DNA of 43,338 nucleotides, from IMG/VR virus record IMGVR_UViG_3300042868_009434. One strand, 5' to 3'. Positions 18,787 through 28,079 of the stretch are shown here, piece after piece (position 1 is the stretch's first letter; each line of letters starts with the position of its first letter). A model generated the notes under the pieces. That model was not told the origin of the DNA and did not search any database. It saw nothing but the letters and a program-made list of their open reading frames with translations. A program made the position numbers and the translations under genes. This stretch comes from a virus (Duplodnaviria > Heunggongvirae > Uroviricota > Caudoviricetes).

Positions 18787-21213
18787 TTATGAACCACATC
18801 CAAAACATTCAAATTCTGAATCTGTTGGTTTTACTGTAGGTTCAACAAGATTCACTTTTGGTTTTTCTTGTTTAATAGTTTGTTGATTCACTTTTGAAAT
18901 ATCAACCGCTAAGTGTTTTGCTCCGGTAGATATCGCTTTAGTTCTAACATAATAACAAAGAGTTTTCAATCCTTTACCCCATGAATGGAAATGAGATGAT
19001 GAAATTTTTGATAACGTTGGTTCAGACATATAGATATTCATTGATTGTGATTGGTCAATAAACGGTGCTCTGTCAGCCGCCATATCAATAAGTTCTCTTT
19101 GAGATATCTCCCAAATTGTTTTGTATTTTGGTATTAAGTGTTCAATTCTTTTAACTTTCTTGTTGTAATTCTTATCTTCGACATCAAGATATTGATTAAA
19201 ATTAATGTTTTGAATAGACCCTTCGTTCATGATAATTTCATTCTTTAAATCTTCACTCCAAACCCCTAATTTTTCAAAATCAGTAATTAAATATTTGTTT
19301 ACAATAAGAATCTCACCACCAACTACACGACGATTAAATAATGCCGAGTGAGCTGGTTCTGTCATTTCAAATGAACCTGTAATTTTAGCCGAAGATGCCA
19401 CCGGCATTTGAGCAGTAAATAACGAGTTACAAACTCCATATTCTGATACTTTATCTTTCAATCCCATCCAATCCCAACGACCTGATAAATTATCCTCATT
19501 CATTCCCCACATATCAAATTGGAATATACCCTTTGACATTGGTGAACCTTTAAAGAATTCATATGGTCTGTATAAACCTTGTTGACATAAATAAGAACTC
19601 TCCGTGATTGCCGCGAAATAGATTGTTTCAAAAATATCTTTATTAAGTTTTTTCGCCTCTTCAGATGTAAAAATGAAATCCATTAAATAAAATACGTCTG
19701 CCAACCCTTGAGTTCCAATTGCAATTGCTCTTTGTTCTAAACCACCTTTTCTACCTTGCTCAGTTGAATAACTATTAATATCAACAACTTTGTTAAGTGC
19801 TCTCACAACTTTCCTAACTTCATTGTAAAGTAAGTTAAAATCAAATTCTCCTTTAATAATAAAGTTTTTCAACACCATAGAAGATAACGTACAGATTGCA
19901 GTTGTTTCTTCATCAGTATATTGGTAAATCTCATTACATAAGTTAGATTGTTTAATCACCCCAATGTTTTGATGGTTTGTTTTTCTATTCGCACTATCCT
20001 TAGAACATAAGTAAGGAACTCCTGTTTCAACCTGAGATTCAATAATCTTATTCCAAATTGTTTGAGCTTTCACTTTTTTACCAAGACCAAGTTCAACCGC
20101 TTTGTTGTAGTTTTCCTCATACTCATCACCATAAGTTTCCTGTAATGGTTTGATACCGGCCTTTTTAATGTCATTAGGACAGAACAAATACCAATCCCCA
20201 TTGTTTTTAACAGCATTCATAAAGTTATCCGGTAACCAAATTGACGTGAATAAATCTCTTGCCCTCATCTCTTCAGCACCTGTGTTCTTTTTGATATCAA
20301 GTAAATCAATAATGTCTTTATGCCAAGGTTCAATGTAGATAGCGGCACTACCCGGTCTTCTTCCTTGTTGATTAAAGAAACGTAAAGATTCATTAACAAT
20401 TTTAAGGTATTTCAATAAACCTCCCGCAAATCCACCTGATGAATTAATTCTACTTTCTTTACTGCGAATGTTAGACATACATAAACCAATTCCTGCAGCA
20501 TCCGAAGAGTACGTTGAAATATCATTTAATGTTTGTAATAAACCTTCTCTTGAATCCCCGTGATTGTATTTCAATACACAAGACGCTAGTTGAGGTGTTT
20601 TAGTTCCCGCGTTAATCATAATTGGTGTTGCAGGAGAAATAAGTTGATTTGACAAAGAATTGTAATATTCAACCGCCTCTTCAAATGATTTAGTCACCCA
20701 TAGAGCAACTCTCATATACATATGTTGTGGTCTTTCAATTACTTTACCTTCAGGAGTTTTCAACAAATACATTTCTTGTAATGAACGCCAAGCAAAATAA
20801 TCAAAATTGTAATCATTCTCGTGATTAATTACAGAATCAATATTTTCAGGACCATATAGTTCAATAGTTTCCATTAACATATCATTAATAACTCCATCAA
20901 CGTGCAATGTGTGCATTGTGTTACAAAAACTTTCATCAGTTTCTTTATGGTATGCAGAAATAGCAACAGATGACGCTAATCTTGAGTAGTCGTGATGACT
21001 ACCTGTATAAGACGCCGCTATTTCATATACTAATTTATCTAACTCTTTAGTTGTAATAAATCCTTCAGTTGGTACTGAAGTAATTACTTTAATGAAAATC
21101 TCGTCTGAGTTAACATTTAACCCTCTAGACGCTCGTTTAACTCTATTGTAAATTTTTTGGGGGTTAAATGAAACCTCATCTCCCCCTCTTTTTTTAATTT
21201 TTAATGACATCAT
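18787..21213 (-). CDS. nrdA: Class Ia ribonucleotide reductase large subunit with N-terminal ATP cone
   Basis: 808 aa. IKKRGG ATP-cone start, ISPATP, QLASC, QSNLCNEI catalytic motif, AQMPVASSA, KTLCYYVRT, C-terminal CFGC. Confidence 0.97.
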   Translation of the reverse strand: MMSLKIKKRGGDEVSFNPQKIYNRVKRASRGLNVNSDEIFIKVITSVPTEGFITTKELDKLVYEIAASYTGSHHDYSRLASSVAISAYHKETDESFCNTMHTLHVDGVINDMLMETIELYGPENIDSVINHENDYNFDYFAWRSLQEMYLLKTPEGKVIERPQHMYMRVALWVTKSFEEAVEYYNSLSNQLISPATPIMINAGTKTPQLASCVLKYNHGDSREGLLQTLNDISTYSSDAAGIGLCMSNIRSKESRINSSGGFAGGLLKYLKIVNESLRFFNQQGRRPGSAAIYIEPWHKDIIDLLDIKKNTGAEEMRARDLFTSIWLPDNFMNAVKNNGDWYLFCPNDIKKAGIKPLQETYGDEYEENYNKAVELGLGKKVKAQTIWNKIIESQVETGVPYLCSKDSANRKTNHQNIGVIKQSNLCNEIYQYTDEETTAICTLSSMVLKNFIIKGEFDFNLLYNEVRKVVRALNKVVDINSYSTEQGRKGGLEQRAIAIGTQGLADVFYLMDFIFTSEEAKKLNKDIFETIYFAAITESSYLCQQGLYRPYEFFKGSPMSKGIFQFDMWGMNEDNLSGRWDWMGLKDKVSEYGVCNSLFTAQMPVASSAKITGSFEMTEPAHSALFNRRVVGGEILIVNKYLITDFEKLGVWSEDLKNEIIMNEGSIQNINFNQYLDVEDKNYNKKVKRIEHLIPKYKTIWEISQRELIDMAADRAPFIDQSQSMNIYMSEPTLSKISSSHFHSWGKGLKTLCYYVRTKAISTGAKHLAVDISKVNQQTIKQEKPKVNLVEPTVKPTDSEFECFGCGS

Positions 21214-21223
21214 GTTTTTTTAA

Positions 21224-22174
21224 TTAGAAATCGTCAGTGAATGTTAGTGATTCACCTAATTTAGCCTTTTGGTATTCCATTGTTCTTGATTCAAAAAAGT
21301 TTCCTTTAGTCTCAACAGCAATTTGTTCCATAAATTTGAATGGTTGTTCAACATTGAATTGTTTTTTACATCCAAATTTAACTAATAGACCATCTGTTAC
21401 AAATTCTAAATATTGTTTCATCAAATTAGAATTCATACCAATTAAAGATACAGGTAAAGATTCTGTAATAAATTCTTTTTCAATCTCTAATGCAGATAAT
21501 AAAATTTCTTTGATTCTTTTTTCACTTGGTTTGTTCTCGACGTGATTGTTAATCAAATGAATAGCAAAATCACAATGTAAATTCTCATCTTTAAAGATAA
21601 GTGAATTAGCATTACATAAACCTTGCATTATTCCTCTTGATTTCAACCAAAAAATTGAACAGAATGAACCTGAGAAGAAGATACCTTCAACAGCTGCGAA
21701 GGCAACTAATCTTTCTTGGAAGGAAGCGTTCTCAATCCAATCAAGAGCCCATTTAGCTTTCTTTTGAACTGCCGGTAATCGGTCAATCGCATGGAAACAT
21801 TCATCTTTTTCTGTTTCATCAGACACATAAGTGTCAATTAATAATGAATACATTAACGAGTGAATATTCTCCATCATAATTTGAAATCCGTAAAAGAACT
21901 TTGCTTCAGCGTACTGAACCTCTTTTAAGAAATTCTCAGCTAAGTTCTCATTTACAATACCATCAGATGCCGCAAAAAACGCCAATATATTTTTAAGAAA
22001 GTATCTCTCATTATCAGATAGGTTTTCCCAATCTCTAATATCGTTAGATAAATCCACTTCTTCCGCAGTCCAAAACGCCGCTTGGTGTTGTTTATAAAAT
22101 TCCCATATATCATTATGTTCAATAGGGAATATGACAAATCTGTCATTATTTGGTTCTAATATTTTTTCTTTCAT
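21224..22174 (-). CDS. nrdB: Class Ia ribonucleotide reductase small subunit
   Basis: 316 aa. [56 protein letters not shown]. Confidence 0.97.
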   Translation of the reverse strand: MKEKILEPNNDRFVIFPIEHNDIWEFYKQHQAAFWTAEEVDLSNDIRDWENLSDNERYFLKNILAFFAASDGIVNENLAENFLKEVQYAEAKFFYGFQIMMENIHSLMYSLLIDTYVSDETEKDECFHAIDRLPAVQKKAKWALDWIENASFQERLVAFAAVEGIFFSGSFCSIFWLKSRGIMQGLCNANSLIFKDENLHCDFAIHLINNHVENKPSEKRIKEILLSALEIEKEFITESLPVSLIGMNSNLMKQYLEFVTDGLLVKFGCKKQFNVEQPFKFMEQIAVETKGNFFESRTMEYQKAKLGESLTFTDDF

Positions 22175-22182
22175 GTTTTAAA

Positions 22183-23565
22183 TTAAATTTGTTGTTGACT
22201 CTGTTCTCTTTGTTTTCTTTTTTCCAATAGTTCTTTAACCCTATCTCTTTTTCTATCTTCTTGTTGTTCTTCAAATCCTAAGAATGTTACTGAACTTTCA
22301 GTATCAATCTCAAGTAATTCATTATTGAATTTACAATTCTCAAAAACAACCCCATCCTGACCTAAACGACTTTTAGTAATCGCAATAGTTGCAAGACCCA
22401 TTTCTTTTTGTTGTAATGTTTTAGCCACGGAAATAATTACGTGTCCAACTTGTGCCTTTTTAATTGACCCACCCATTTGGTCTGTAGTTACAACTTCAGA
22501 TGAAATTGACGCTCTGTTACCTTGTGTTGCAGTCCACCCAACTAAATCAAGTTCGTGGCACATTGCTTCAAATCCTCTCATTACAGACCCTTCAGCTTTC
22601 CACTCATCTTTACTACTTGATTCCGGTAATACACAATCAATATAGTCTAATAAAACCATATCAAGTTTAACTCCATCGGCAATCATCTTTCTAACCTGAT
22701 TCTTAATTTGACTCATAGTCATCGTGTCCGATGCTAACTTTTTCAAAACCAATCGATTTTGCATTGTCTCTTTAATCTCAGTAATTTTACTCATTACCTC
22801 TTCTTTATTTTGAACCAAATTATCCGGTTCAATACCAGTCCACATTGTGAAATGTTTTCTTTGTATGATTTTTGGATTGTCTTCAAAAAATATTTGAAGT
22901 ACGTTATAACCAAGGTTAAACGCTGTGTTTGAAATTTTAGATAAGATAGTCGTCTTACCAACACCCGTTGGTGCTAATATAACTCCAATCTCACCTTTAG
23001 CCAAACCACCTTTAAGTAGTTTGTCAATTCCTTTAATACCCATTGGAATTGGGTGACGATAATCCTCATCAAGTACAGTGTCTAAATTAGCGAAGATATC
23101 CGTTTGACCTTTATCTATTTCACCAACCTGTAATGCCTCTCTCACAAGTCCTTCTACCTTATCATAAGACTCGAAATCACCTTGAGTAATAATCTTTTGA
23201 GCTTTGTCCATCGCCTTTTGAAGTTCTTGTTGTTTACAGAACTTCAAGGCTTTCTCCTGAACGAAAGTAGACCCTTCAAATGGTGCCTCTTTAACTTGTG
23301 TTAATGTATCCAAAACAATCTTGGCAACCATCTCTTGGGAGATTTCAGACTTAACTATCTGCTCAAGAGTATCGAAATTAGGAGTAGATTCATATTTCTT
23401 GTGATACTCTTTTGTCATTTGTAAAATGATTTTAAAGTACTTGTTGTCGAAATAGATTGGTTCAATAACATCCATAATTGAAGATGAAAAGTCCTTATCT
23501 AATATAATCTGATTCAGTAATTGTAATTGAAATGTGTTCCCTAAATAATCGAAATTTTTGTTCAT
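22183..23565 (-). CDS. dnaB: Replicative DNA helicase, DnaB / T4 gp41-like (SF4)
   Basis: 460 aa. GGLAKGEIGVILAPTGVGKTT Walker A, VLLDYID Walker B, WTATQGNR, KSRLG. Confidence 0.92.
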   Translation of the reverse strand: MNKNFDYLGNTFQLQLLNQIILDKDFSSSIMDVIEPIYFDNKYFKIILQMTKEYHKKYESTPNFDTLEQIVKSEISQEMVAKIVLDTLTQVKEAPFEGSTFVQEKALKFCKQQELQKAMDKAQKIITQGDFESYDKVEGLVREALQVGEIDKGQTDIFANLDTVLDEDYRHPIPMGIKGIDKLLKGGLAKGEIGVILAPTGVGKTTILSKISNTAFNLGYNVLQIFFEDNPKIIQRKHFTMWTGIEPDNLVQNKEEVMSKITEIKETMQNRLVLKKLASDTMTMSQIKNQVRKMIADGVKLDMVLLDYIDCVLPESSSKDEWKAEGSVMRGFEAMCHELDLVGWTATQGNRASISSEVVTTDQMGGSIKKAQVGHVIISVAKTLQQKEMGLATIAITKSRLGQDGVVFENCKFNNELLEIDTESSVTFLGFEEQQEDRKRDRVKELLEKRKQREQSQQQI

Positions 23566-23602
23566 AAATTGTTTTAAAAGTTACCCTTGTATTATTAAAT
23601 AC

Positions 23603-24055
23603 TTACTTACTTAAGTCAAGTTCCAAATAATTGTAACTTAATTTTTTATCTGAAAAAATGTCAGTCAATCCTCGAAGTGTTTCCTTCAAGAAAGGTCTTA
23701 CATCGACAGTATAACGAACTTTTGGTGGATAAAATTTTCCGTCAAAAATTCTATGACAAATTGTCTGTTCTCCTAATTTGATGATAATGTTAAACATTTC
23801 AGGTCCATCAGTGAACGATGTGTCCATAATACTTGGGTCATGAATAATAGAATCTTTGTTGTCCATCATGTAGACTAAAGTCTTCATTTTCAAGTATTCT
23901 TGAAGTTCTTCTTTGAATTCCGCAAGGAATTCATATAGTTCAACCGAACTTTTTGCTTTTGGGTTAAACCCTCTTACGTTAAAGAATCTTTGGACTACGA
24001 TGTTATCGTTTAATGTCAATAAAAATTCCATCTTAGTACTTTCTTGTTCTCTCAT
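23603..24055 (-). CDS. Hypothetical protein in replication block
   Basis: 150-aa ORF between the exonuclease and helicase genes, with no recognisable motif. Confidence 0.7.
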   Translation of the reverse strand: MREQESTKMEFLLTLNDNIVVQRFFNVRGFNPKAKSSVELYEFLAEFKEELQEYLKMKTLVYMMDNKDSIIHDPSIMDTSFTDGPEMFNIIIKLGEQTICHRIFDGKFYPPKVRYTVDVRPFLKETLRGLTDIFSDKKLSYNYLELDLSK

Positions 24056-24059
24056 AAAT

Positions 24060-25061
24060 TTAATTTTTGTTTGTGTTACGTTTTTCTTTTCTTGTTAATT
24101 TCATGAATGGTCTTAGGAAGTTCACCCAAGCTTCATCGTTTTTTGGAAGATATTTGAAGAGACCATCTTCCATCATAAGTCTCATTAAATTTTTATATCC
24201 CCTATCTGTCGGGTCAATAGTGTCTGTGATAATTTGGTCAACTAATTCTTTTCCATCGTCTGTTATTAAAGGGTTAGATAAATTAACTATTTTTTCGTTT
24301 GTAGTATAAAACTCTTCACCAATTATACCATTTTTTGTTTTACCAGTCAAAATATTTTCCAATACTTTTGATTTCTTTTCTTGCAGGAGAATCCCCGCAT
24401 TAACTCTTATTTCGTTAATAGTGCATGGTTTAACCAGCATATCCGGGAATAATTTAACCAAAGTTTTTTCACCTAAACCTTCAATTCCACTAATATTATC
24501 TGAACTATCTCCGGTAAGAATCTTACAAAGTAATACATTATAATGTGGTATCTGAACTTTATTTATGGTAATCATATCACCCTGTTTAAAGTATTGTTTT
24601 GCGTTTGGCGAGTAAATGGTTACCTTATTCGAAATAAGCTGTGTAAGGTCCTTATCTGACGAAAAAATGGTAATCTCTTCGTTAGTCGCCTTTTGACAAT
24701 AATAAGCAATCAAGTCATCCGCCTCGTTGTAAACCATCTCAACTTGTCTAACAAAGACTTCCTCAAGATATTCTTTAATACGAGCGTTTTGTTGTAGATA
24801 TGATTCGTACTTAAACTCATTCATATCTTGTTTTCTATTTCCCTTATACTGTGGATAAAGTTCTTTCCGAGTGGATGAACTATGTTCGGCATCCCAGAAC
24901 ACAACTACCTTATCGTAGTTATGTTCCTCAAGGAATTTCCGAATTGTATTTATAAAGTGGTAAATAGCACCTAAGTGACTTCCGTCGCTATAGAGGTCTT
25001 TTACTCCGTGGAATCCAATTTTCATTAAGTTGGACCCGTCTACTAATAATGTTTTAATCAC
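24060..25061 (-). CDS. 5'-3' exonuclease / flap endonuclease (PolI N-terminal, T4 RNase H-like)
   Basis: 333 aa, GTG start. LLVDGSNL, VVFWD, RKELYPQYKGNR, EADDLIA, SSDKDLTQL, LTGDSSDNISGIEGLGEKT. Confidence 0.92.
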   Translation of the reverse strand: MIKTLLVDGSNLMKIGFHGVKDLYSDGSHLGAIYHFINTIRKFLEEHNYDKVVVFWDAEHSSSTRKELYPQYKGNRKQDMNEFKYESYLQQNARIKEYLEEVFVRQVEMVYNEADDLIAYYCQKATNEEITIFSSDKDLTQLISNKVTIYSPNAKQYFKQGDMITINKVQIPHYNVLLCKILTGDSSDNISGIEGLGEKTLVKLFPDMLVKPCTINEIRVNAGILLQEKKSKVLENILTGKTKNGIIGEEFYTTNEKIVNLSNPLITDDGKELVDQIITDTIDPTDRGYKNLMRLMMEDGLFKYLPKNDEAWVNFLRPFMKLTRKEKRNTNKN

Positions 25062-25088
25062 ATTGGTGATTTAGAGGTGAATAATACT

Positions 25089-26099
25089 TTAAAATTCTCT
25101 TTCTTCTTTTTCTTCTTTTAGGTCGAAGTCACCATCAGTTCCGATAATATCCTTCCAATATTCTGCGTATTCTTTTTTATATTTTTCAATATTAGTTTTT
25201 TCTTCCGCACTATCTTTACCCGCAATGAATCCGTGTGGTGTTACAATAATTTTTCCATCATCATAACCTAATCCGTTGATATGATTTTTCATTACCGAAA
25301 CTTTTGTTCTTGAAGCAAACTTAATAGTTCGTTTATCTTTAGTTGCAGTAATCTTAGTTGTCCCAGCACCTTTTTGGTTTCCAAATAAATAAACTAATGA
25401 TGAGTTTAACCAAATCGCTTCACCACCTTTAGCTTTAATTTTTGGTTGTCCGAAAGGATTATCAGGTAATTCAACCCATGGTTGATTAACAATGATTAAA
25501 GTGTTTTCATATTTTGAGTCAGACTTACGAGAACCTGAGATTCTTTGGTTGATACCCATTCCAATCTTATCCGCCAATGCAGATGCATTGTGTTGTTTAC
25601 CACCTTTACCTTCATAAGTCATTTTACAAGGTACAGAACCTACTGAATCCCACATAAAACATAAACTATAATCTAAGTTTCCTTTTTCTTGTTCGTCTAA
25701 TAAATTATTAATGTAATCAGTAATTTGTTCGATATAATTAAAGTTATTATTAAAGATGTAAAATCCATCCCAATCTAATTCACCTGTTTCTTCATCAACA
25801 ACTTCCTGACAATCAAACCCCATTAACTTAGCATGTTCAAATGACCATTTTTGTTCGGTAATAATAAAGACAGGTAAAATACCTTTCTTTTGTGCATCAA
25901 CAGCAGTTTTTACAAGTGCTGTTGTTTTACCTGTATCAGAGTGACCCAAGAACATATTAAGGTGTCCAATAGCCGGCCCCGGTAATCCAACCGCATCCAA
26001 GAAATCAGGACCTAAGTCAAAAAATCTTTGTGGTTTATATTTTGCAGATACCGAGAATTTATCTTTAATTGATTTAAAATCGTTTTTCTTAATTGCCAT
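25089..26099 (-). CDS. recA: RecA/UvsX-like recombinase
   Basis: 336 aa. GHSDTGKTT Walker A, FMWDSVGS Walker B, IIVNQ, KGGEAI, KNH. Confidence 0.88.
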   Translation of the reverse strand: MAIKKNDFKSIKDKFSVSAKYKPQRFFDLGPDFLDAVGLPGPAIGHLNMFLGHSDTGKTTALVKTAVDAQKKGILPVFIITEQKWSFEHAKLMGFDCQEVVDEETGELDWDGFYIFNNNFNYIEQITDYINNLLDEQEKGNLDYSLCFMWDSVGSVPCKMTYEGKGGKQHNASALADKIGMGINQRISGSRKSDSKYENTLIIVNQPWVELPDNPFGQPKIKAKGGEAIWLNSSLVYLFGNQKGAGTTKITATKDKRTIKFASRTKVSVMKNHINGLGYDDGKIIVTPHGFIAGKDSAEEKTNIEKYKKEYAEYWKDIIGTDGDFDLKEEKEEREF

Positions 26100-26112
26100 A
26101 TAATAATATTAT

Positions 26113-26151
26113 AAAAACTTGGGCAAAGTGTCTAACTAAATGTCCAAGTTT
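26113..26151 (-). terminator. Imperfect stem-loop between SSB and recombinase genes (weak terminator or RNA element)
   Basis: Minus strand AAACTTGGACA-(15 nt)-TGCCCAAGTTTTT, with one mismatch. Confidence 0.45.
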
Positions 26152-26163
26152 GATTGTTTTATT

Positions 26164-27018
26164 TTAGAAAGGTAAATCTTCGTCTATCTCATCGTTTGCT
26201 TGAGGGTCAACCGGTGCTGAACTTTGAGATTTTCCACCACCAAATGATTCTGTATTTACTGAATCACTTTCGTAAGCGTATCCACCTTTTTCTGAATCCC
26301 ATCTTGGTGTTTCTCCACGAGCAATCGCTTCAAGATATTCAACAGGTTTTTTAGAATAAACATCTAACCAAGTTAATTCGTCAGTAATCCAAGCGTTTGC
26401 TTGAGCCGGGTCAGTATGTACCGGACCTTGGTCTTCGTACATAATTGTAGATACTGCAGTATATTCTTTACCATTTGGAGCTTTTGTTTTATTTAATTCG
26501 ATGATTAAATCTCTACCGATTTTAGCATCGGTAATATCTCCTTTGTTTCTCCAAATTGGAATGATTTTATCTAAGATACCATCATTTTTGTAGTTGTGTT
26601 TGAATCTCCAAAATTTTGGTCCGTCTTCTTCTCTATCTCTATCGATAACTTTTACGATATAGAATTTACGAGAACGATACTGAGCAGCTAATTGTTTGTC
26701 AGATTCTTTTCCGGTTGAAATTAACTCTTCATAAACCTCATTTAAAGGTGAACGTTCGTTATCATTTTTTCCCGGGTCGTAGAATTTTTGCCATTGTCCA
26801 CCTACTTGTATCTCATGATACCAAGCTTCTTTAAATGGTGATGAACCATCACTCGTAGGTAAGATTCTAACTCTTCTTTGTCCAGATTGCTCCTTATCAC
26901 TTAAGATAAGTGCAAAATATTTTTTCATTCTTTCGTCTTGCGACATTTTCCCTTGGGCTCCGCCCCCTGATTGTTTTGAATTTTCGTACTGTGCCAATAC
27001 GGCGTCTAATGAACTCAT
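26164..27018 (-). CDS. Single-stranded DNA-binding protein, T4 gp32-like
   Basis: 284 aa. RVRILP, WYH, YIVKVIDR..EEDGPKFW, GDITD..GRDL, acidic tail ending DEDLPF. First gene of the replication block. Confidence 0.8.
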   Translation of the reverse strand: MSSLDAVLAQYENSKQSGGGAQGKMSQDERMKKYFALILSDKEQSGQRRVRILPTSDGSSPFKEAWYHEIQVGGQWQKFYDPGKNDNERSPLNEVYEELISTGKESDKQLAAQYRSRKFYIVKVIDRDREEDGPKFWRFKHNYKNDGILDKIIPIWRNKGDITDAKIGRDLIIELNKTKAPNGKEYTAVSTIMYEDQGPVHTDPAQANAWITDELTWLDVYSKKPVEYLEAIARGETPRWDSEKGGYAYESDSVNTESFGGGKSQSSAPVDPQANDEIDEDLPF

Positions 27019-27050
27019 GTGTTATAAAATTAAATTGTTAAATTGTTCTT

Positions 27051-27082
27051 TAAATATAGGTGATAAAATTAGTGAAGTCAAA
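27051..27082 (-). promoter_or_regulatory. Host-RNAP-type promoter for the replication block
   Basis: TTGACT (27081-27076), 17 nt, TATATT (27058-27053). Also reads as TTTG, 20 nt, TATATTTA, one mismatch from the Bacteroidota -33/-7 consensus TTTG/TAnnTTTG. Confidence 0.65.
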
Positions 27083-27083
27083 T

Positions 27084-27111
27084 AAAAAAAGGTGTCCGTT
27101 AAGACACCTTT
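27084..27111 (-). terminator. Intrinsic terminator upstream of the replication block
   Basis: Minus strand AAAGGTGTC-TTAACG-GACACCTTTTTTT. Confidence 0.85.
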
Positions 27112-27121
27112 GAATTTTTTG

Positions 27122-27817
27122 TTATCGTTTAAATGATGTTTTGTATTCATCTTCTTGAGAACCAGGTTGGAATGAATTTTTAATATCATTCACATTAATA
27201 TCTTCAACTTCGTCTGAAGTTAAAACATAATCATTTTTCCCTGTTTTCTCCATTTCTTCTTGTTTGTCATCGAAGAATTGTGAAAGTTTTTGGTTGAACG
27301 GATATGAATCGTAACTTCTTAACTCTAATTTTTCTTGAGGAGTTTTTTCACGATACTTCTCAATTTTATTTTCAAGTGAGTTTAATTTATTCATAACATT
27401 ATCCATCTCACCTAATTTAGCCTCTAAGTTAGACAATTGGTTAAACAAGTTTTCAAAATATTCTTCTTGTTTTGTTTCAATATTTTTTTGAGAATTAACC
27501 AAATCAGTTATTTCAAGTTCTTCAGATTCTTCACCTTCAGTTCCTGTTTCTTCAGAAGCTCCTTCATCGTCAATTTTTTCAATATCAGGGTCATTCTCAA
27601 CATCAATTGGTTGTGGTGCCGCGTCTCCCGGCGCCGGTGGCGGTACTGCCTCAGATGGTGCAGGTGCTGGTGGAACTTCTCCTGCGGCAGCAGGTGGTGT
27701 TAACGCCTCTAACCCAGCTGTTGGGTCTTCAGGAACTTCCGCCTCTTGTTCCATAATATACTTATTAATATTGTGATATCTCGCAATTTCTTGTATTAAT
27801 TTCTTGTCTAAACCCAT
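27122..27817 (-). CDS. Acidic, Pro/Ala-rich coiled-coil hypothetical protein (possible internal head/scaffold-like protein)
   Basis: 231 aa. Disordered PPAPAP/E-rich N-terminal half and a heptad-like segment LSNLEAKLGEMDNVMNKLNSLENKIEK. Confidence 0.65.
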   Translation of the reverse strand: MGLDKKLIQEIARYHNINKYIMEQEAEVPEDPTAGLEALTPPAAAGEVPPAPAPSEAVPPPAPGDAAPQPIDVENDPDIEKIDDEGASEETGTEGEESEELEITDLVNSQKNIETKQEEYFENLFNQLSNLEAKLGEMDNVMNKLNSLENKIEKYREKTPQEKLELRSYDSYPFNQKLSQFFDDKQEEMEKTGKNDYVLTSDEVEDINVNDIKNSFQPGSQEDEYKTSFKR

Positions 27818-27822
27818 TTTGA

Positions 27823-28047
27823 TTATCCGTTTAATAATTGTTTAATTCCTCCCGCAGTCTCAACTCTAACTTTTCTATTAATAGTTGTTTGGTGTCCGGC
27901 TCTTTCAATAAGACCATCTCTTTCTCTGATTGTATAACAATCCCCTGTGTCTAAATCACAAACTTGTTGTGTTCCATCACCGTTATCTGTTTGAGAAACT
28001 CTAGTCGATTTCCCAAGATAGTTGTCTAATGCTGATTTTATGTTCAT
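27823..28047 (-). CDS. Small hypothetical protein
   Basis: 74 aa, with its own TATTTATA motif 15 nt upstream. Contains CDLDTGDC. Confidence 0.7.
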   Translation of the reverse strand: MNIKSALDNYLGKSTRVSQTDNGDGTQQVCDLDTGDCYTIRERDGLIERAGHQTTINRKVRVETAGGIKQLLNG

Positions 28048-28061
28048 AAAATTGTTTTTAT

Positions 28062-28069
28062 TATAAATA
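28062..28069 (-). promoter_or_regulatory. Putative late-promoter motif TATTTATA
   Basis: 15 nt upstream of ATG 28047. Confidence 0.6.
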
Positions 28070-28079
28070 TATCGTTATG

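Noticed and set aside
18787-22174. Eukaryotic or giant-virus (NCLDV) origin suggested by the RNR
   Set aside because: The surrounding gp25/gp6/gp53-like genes, operon overlaps and intrinsic terminators indicate a tailed bacteriophage.
18787-26099. Inteins or introns in nrdA, nrdB, helicase or recombinase
   Set aside because: Protein lengths are normal and the motifs are contiguous.
27610-27740. Local GC-rich patch with palindrome CCGGCGCCGG
   Set aside because: Explained by Pro/Ala/Gly codons of the 231-aa protein.
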